Part shown: positions 20,896-24,000 of the stretch, piece by piece | How positions within the stretch are numbered: position 1 is the first letter of the stretch | How the letters are laid out: every line of letters starts with the position of its first letter | Source of the DNA: an uncultured Mycoplasmataceae bacterium | GTDB lineage: Bacteria; Bacillota_I; Bacilli_A; Mycoplasmatales; Hepatoplasmataceae | Reading direction: 5' to 3' | NCBI GenBank assembly: GCA_947313745.1 | Contig: CAMZNG010000006.1 | Location: forward strand, 106,753-130,752 | DNA length: 24,000 nt | Notes under the pieces: model-generated | Told to the model about the DNA's origin: nothing | Databases searched by the model: none | What the model saw: only the letters and a program-made list of their open reading frames with translations | Translations under genes and position numbers: made by a program

Positions 20896-22791
20896 ATGAT
20901 TTCTCAAAAAAAATTAAATTTAAATAAATATTCATATTTAGATTACCTTAAAGGTGATATTTTTGCTTGGTTAGCATGTAATGAAAATTATGTAATTGCT
21001 TCAAACAAATATGAAGAATTAAAAAAGATAACTCCATGAAGATGAAGAACATATGGAGAGAAAGAAAAAGTTGATCAATTTGAACTACCATCACCAATGA
21101 TTGCCGGTATAGTTGCTAGTGATTGAACAAGATATTGAGCTAAATTTCATTATCCAAGACATCAAATAATTGATATGGATGAAAAGGGTAAAAATATAAA
21201 CAAAGTTAAATTAACAAAAGAATTATTAGATTCAGAAGAGGATTTAGTAATATTTGAAGCTCACTTCAGTTATCATGATTTCAATATTAAAACAGATATT
21301 CTAATAAAGACTGGAAACAAGGTTAAAGTATTAGAAGCAAAAGCAATTACTTCTCCACACAAGATTCATGCAGATGATGTATTTTTTCAAAAAACACTAA
21401 TTAATAAATGTATTCTTAACTCTAATGATTGAAAATTTAATCTTTTAATAATTAATTCAGAATATATCAACAATACAAAACTATCTAAAATAGAAAAGGG
21501 TGGTGCACTCTTTATTGAATCACCAATATTTTTAACAATAAAATCAAAACCTTCTCCTAAAGGTTCAAAATGAACTTTAAGGGAGCAATTGGTTTCAACT
21601 GGTTTTATTAAAGGAAAAATAAATGAAGATTTTAAATATTCTAAATCATTCAACACATTAGAAGCATATTTTAACGAACCAAATCAACTACATACCACAG
21701 ATAACTTTGACAATATATTAGATAAAATAAAGAATATTCAACTTAACGATAATATTCCTAAAGTAAAACTTGAAAAAAGAATGTGAGAGGAAGGGATGAA
21801 ATCTGATTATATGCCTTGAATTTTAAAGATGGCTGGATTACCTGATGAAGATTCTATTTTTGATTTTAAAGGATCTTCAGTAAATTTTAAGAAAAAATTC
21901 GAAATGTATGAGGAAGGCATTTTAACAATAAATGATGCTCCTATCTCATTAATAACTCCAAAAGACATTTCTGAAACAATCAGTTCTCTCGAACAACAAG
22001 ATACTTCCAAGTTTATAGAAAGATTAAAGGGTGGGTTACCATCTAGTTTGAAAGGGTGAAAGTCAGTTATTCAAAAACATTACTTTGATAAAGATGAAGT
22101 ATTCATAAATAAAAAAGGGTTTATTAGTGAGTTGAATAAATATAAAGGTGGGCCAATATACATGTATGATTTTGAAACAGCAGACTTATCAATCCCTATA
22201 ATAGAAGGTGGATGACCATATCAACAAGTCCCATATCAATATTCAATACATATAATAAAAGATGCAGATGATTTTGATTTTGAAACTATGAGAAATATTG
22301 TACATATAGAATGATTGGCAGAAGATATGGAAACCTTTGCTAAAGATTTTTGAAAAAAATTAGCAAATGTTTTTTTAGAACATGGAAGAGGGATATATGT
22401 ATCATGAAATATGAGTTTTGAAAAAACAAGAATAAAAGAAATGGACACATCATTACTTAATGAAGAAGAGCAAAGCATATTATTAGAAGTTCATGATGAA
22501 ACAATTGATTTAAGAGATGCATTTAGTAAACCATATTATTATCACAAAGATATGAAAGGGTCTTCTTCAATAAAATCAGTTGGACCACATTTTGTTAAGG
22601 AAATTGATTATAAGAATTTAAACAACATACAAAAAGGAGATCAATCTTCTGCAGAAGCAAAAAAATGACTTTTAAAAAGAAATGATAAGGAATGGATAAA
22701 GAGTAGGCCAGATATGTTAAAATATTGTGAGTATGATACTTTATTAATGGTAGCAATATTACAAAGAATGAAAGAAAGAGAAATTAAATAA
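20896..22791 (+). CDS. DUF2779-type protein: N-terminal PD-(D/E)xK (RecB/Cas4-like) nuclease fold fused to a C-terminal DEDDy 3'-5' exonuclease-like fold (631 aa)
   Basis: Five same-frame fragments (21175-21432, 21589-21786, 21829-22059, 22411-22668 and unlisted pieces) join via TGA. I checked every codon and found no TAA or TAG before 22789-22791. Motifs: KTDILIK..KVLEAKA..FFQKTL; IYMYDFETADLSIP; WPYQQVPYQYSIH; SWNMSFEKT; KYCEYDTLLM. Confidence 0.7.
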
Positions 22792-22793
22792 TT

Positions 22794-23732
22794 ATGATAA
22801 AAATAGCATTTTTAGGAACTCCATCAATAGGAGCAAAAGCATTAGAATCTTTAATAGATAGTAAACAAATGGAGGTTGAAGTAGTTGTAACTGTTCCAGA
22901 TAGAGCTATAGGTAGATCACACTCTACACTACAACCTTCTCCGGTTGCAAAGACTGCAAAAGAACACAATATCCAAACAATTAAAACTGATTCAATTAAT
23001 AGGGATCTTGAGAAATTAAAATTATTTGAATTTGATTATTTAGTTACATGTGCGTTTGGACAAATTCTTTCTAATGATATTTTGTCATTGCCAAAAAAGA
23101 AAGCAATAAATATCCATGGATCTCTTCTTCCAGAAGGAAGAGGTGGAGCTCCATTACATTGAGCAATAATCAAAGGTAAAACTAAAACTGGAATAACAAT
23201 AATGGAAATGGTTGAAGAAATGGATGCTGGTGACTATTATTCACAATTTGATATAAAGATTAGTAGTTTAGATGATGTGACATCACTTTTTAGTAAGGTT
23301 GGAGATTTAATCTATGAAAAAACTGCTGAAGGAATAATGGAAATAGAAAATGGTAAAGAATCTATAAAACAAAATGAAAAGAAAGTTTCTTATTGATTAA
23401 ACATAAAGAGAAAAGATTCAAAGATTGATTTTAATAATTCAGCAAAAGATATTTGTAATTTAATAAGAGGTCTTGAAAAAGTTCCAGGAGCTTGGGCAAT
23501 GCTTAATGATAAAATAGTTAAAATACATAAAGCAAAAATAGTTAAAGGAACTATTGATTCAGCAACAAGCGAACCAGGAACAATAACAAATATCAGTGAA
23601 AAAGGTATATTTGTCCAAACAAAAGAAGGTGTTATCAATGTAACTGAAGTTACCGTTGAAGGTAGTTCAAGAAATACAATTGATAATTTAATAAATAGTA
23701 ATATTTTTATCAAACATGATAAATTTAAATAA
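22794..23732 (+). CDS. fmt: methionyl-tRNA formyltransferase
   Basis: Fragments 22794-23162, 23202-23396 and 23499-23732 share one frame and join via TGA. Motifs: [36 protein letters not shown]. Confidence 0.95.
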
Positions 23733-24000
23733 TGAAAAAGGAAAATATTAGAAATTTCTCTATAATAGCACATATTGATCATGGTAAATCAACATTAGCA
23801 GATCGTATTTTAGAAATGTCAAATTCAGTATCTAAAAGAGATATGAAAGCACAACTCTTAGACACAATGGATATTGAAAGAGAAAGAGGAATAACAATTA
23901 AGCTTAATGCAGTTCAAGTAAAATATACAAAAGATGGAGAAGAGTATATATTGAATTTAATTGATACTCCTGGGCATGTTGATTTTACTTATGAAGTATC
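23732..24000 (+). CDS. lepA: elongation factor 4 (LepA), 3' partial
   Basis: The ATG overlaps the fmt TAA by 1 nt (TAATG). [25 protein letters not shown] (G1 motif), [14 protein letters not shown]. Confidence 0.95.
   Translation, partial: MKKENIRNFSIIAHIDHGKSTLADRILEMSNSVSKRDMKAQLLDTMDIERERGITIKLNAVQVKYTKDGEEYILNLIDTPGHVDFTYEV

Overview
This is a strongly AT-rich, gene-dense chromosomal segment from a wall-less Mollicute. The gene content and order suggest the Spiroplasma/Entomoplasma/Mycoplasma mycoides lineage, but I cannot name the species. The window only makes sense under translation table 4 (TGA = Trp). The supplied standard-code ORF track cuts almost every gene into fragments, and no fragment of the 2.6-kb ileS gene reaches the track at all. 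Rejoining same-frame fragments across TGA gives 24 intact CDSs. All are on the + strand except rpsT. In order they are: fruA (PTS EIIBC, 5' partial), M42 aminopeptidase, Cof-type HAD phosphatase, TrmH-family RNA methyltransferase, alpha/beta hydrolase, trxA, pheS, pheT, MATE transporter, rpmF, nusB, mraZ, rsmH, ftsA-like, ftsZ, sepF, ileS, comEC-like, holA, a small KTSC-like protein, rpsT (-), a 631-aa DUF2779-type double-nuclease protein, fmt, and lepA (3' partial). I found no rRNA, tRNA, CRISPR, IS element or prophage. The window is core genome, not an accessory island. The points most worth follow-up are: (1) the uncharacterised PD-(D/E)xK + DEDDy-exonuclease fusion protein sitting where Bacillus carries sporulation genes, near a ComEC that lacks its nuclease domain; (2) an identical 21-nt palindromic TATAAT-containing element placed separately in front of pheS and pheT, plus a perfect 16-nt palindrome in the pheT leader; (3) a short PheT with no C-terminal domain and a compact editing region; (4) a minimal mraZ-rsmH-ftsA-ftsZ-sepF division cluster with GTGGGA boxes at the mraZ promoter and a degenerate FtsA; (5) a tandem-repeat Lys/Pro-rich tail on ribosomal protein S20.
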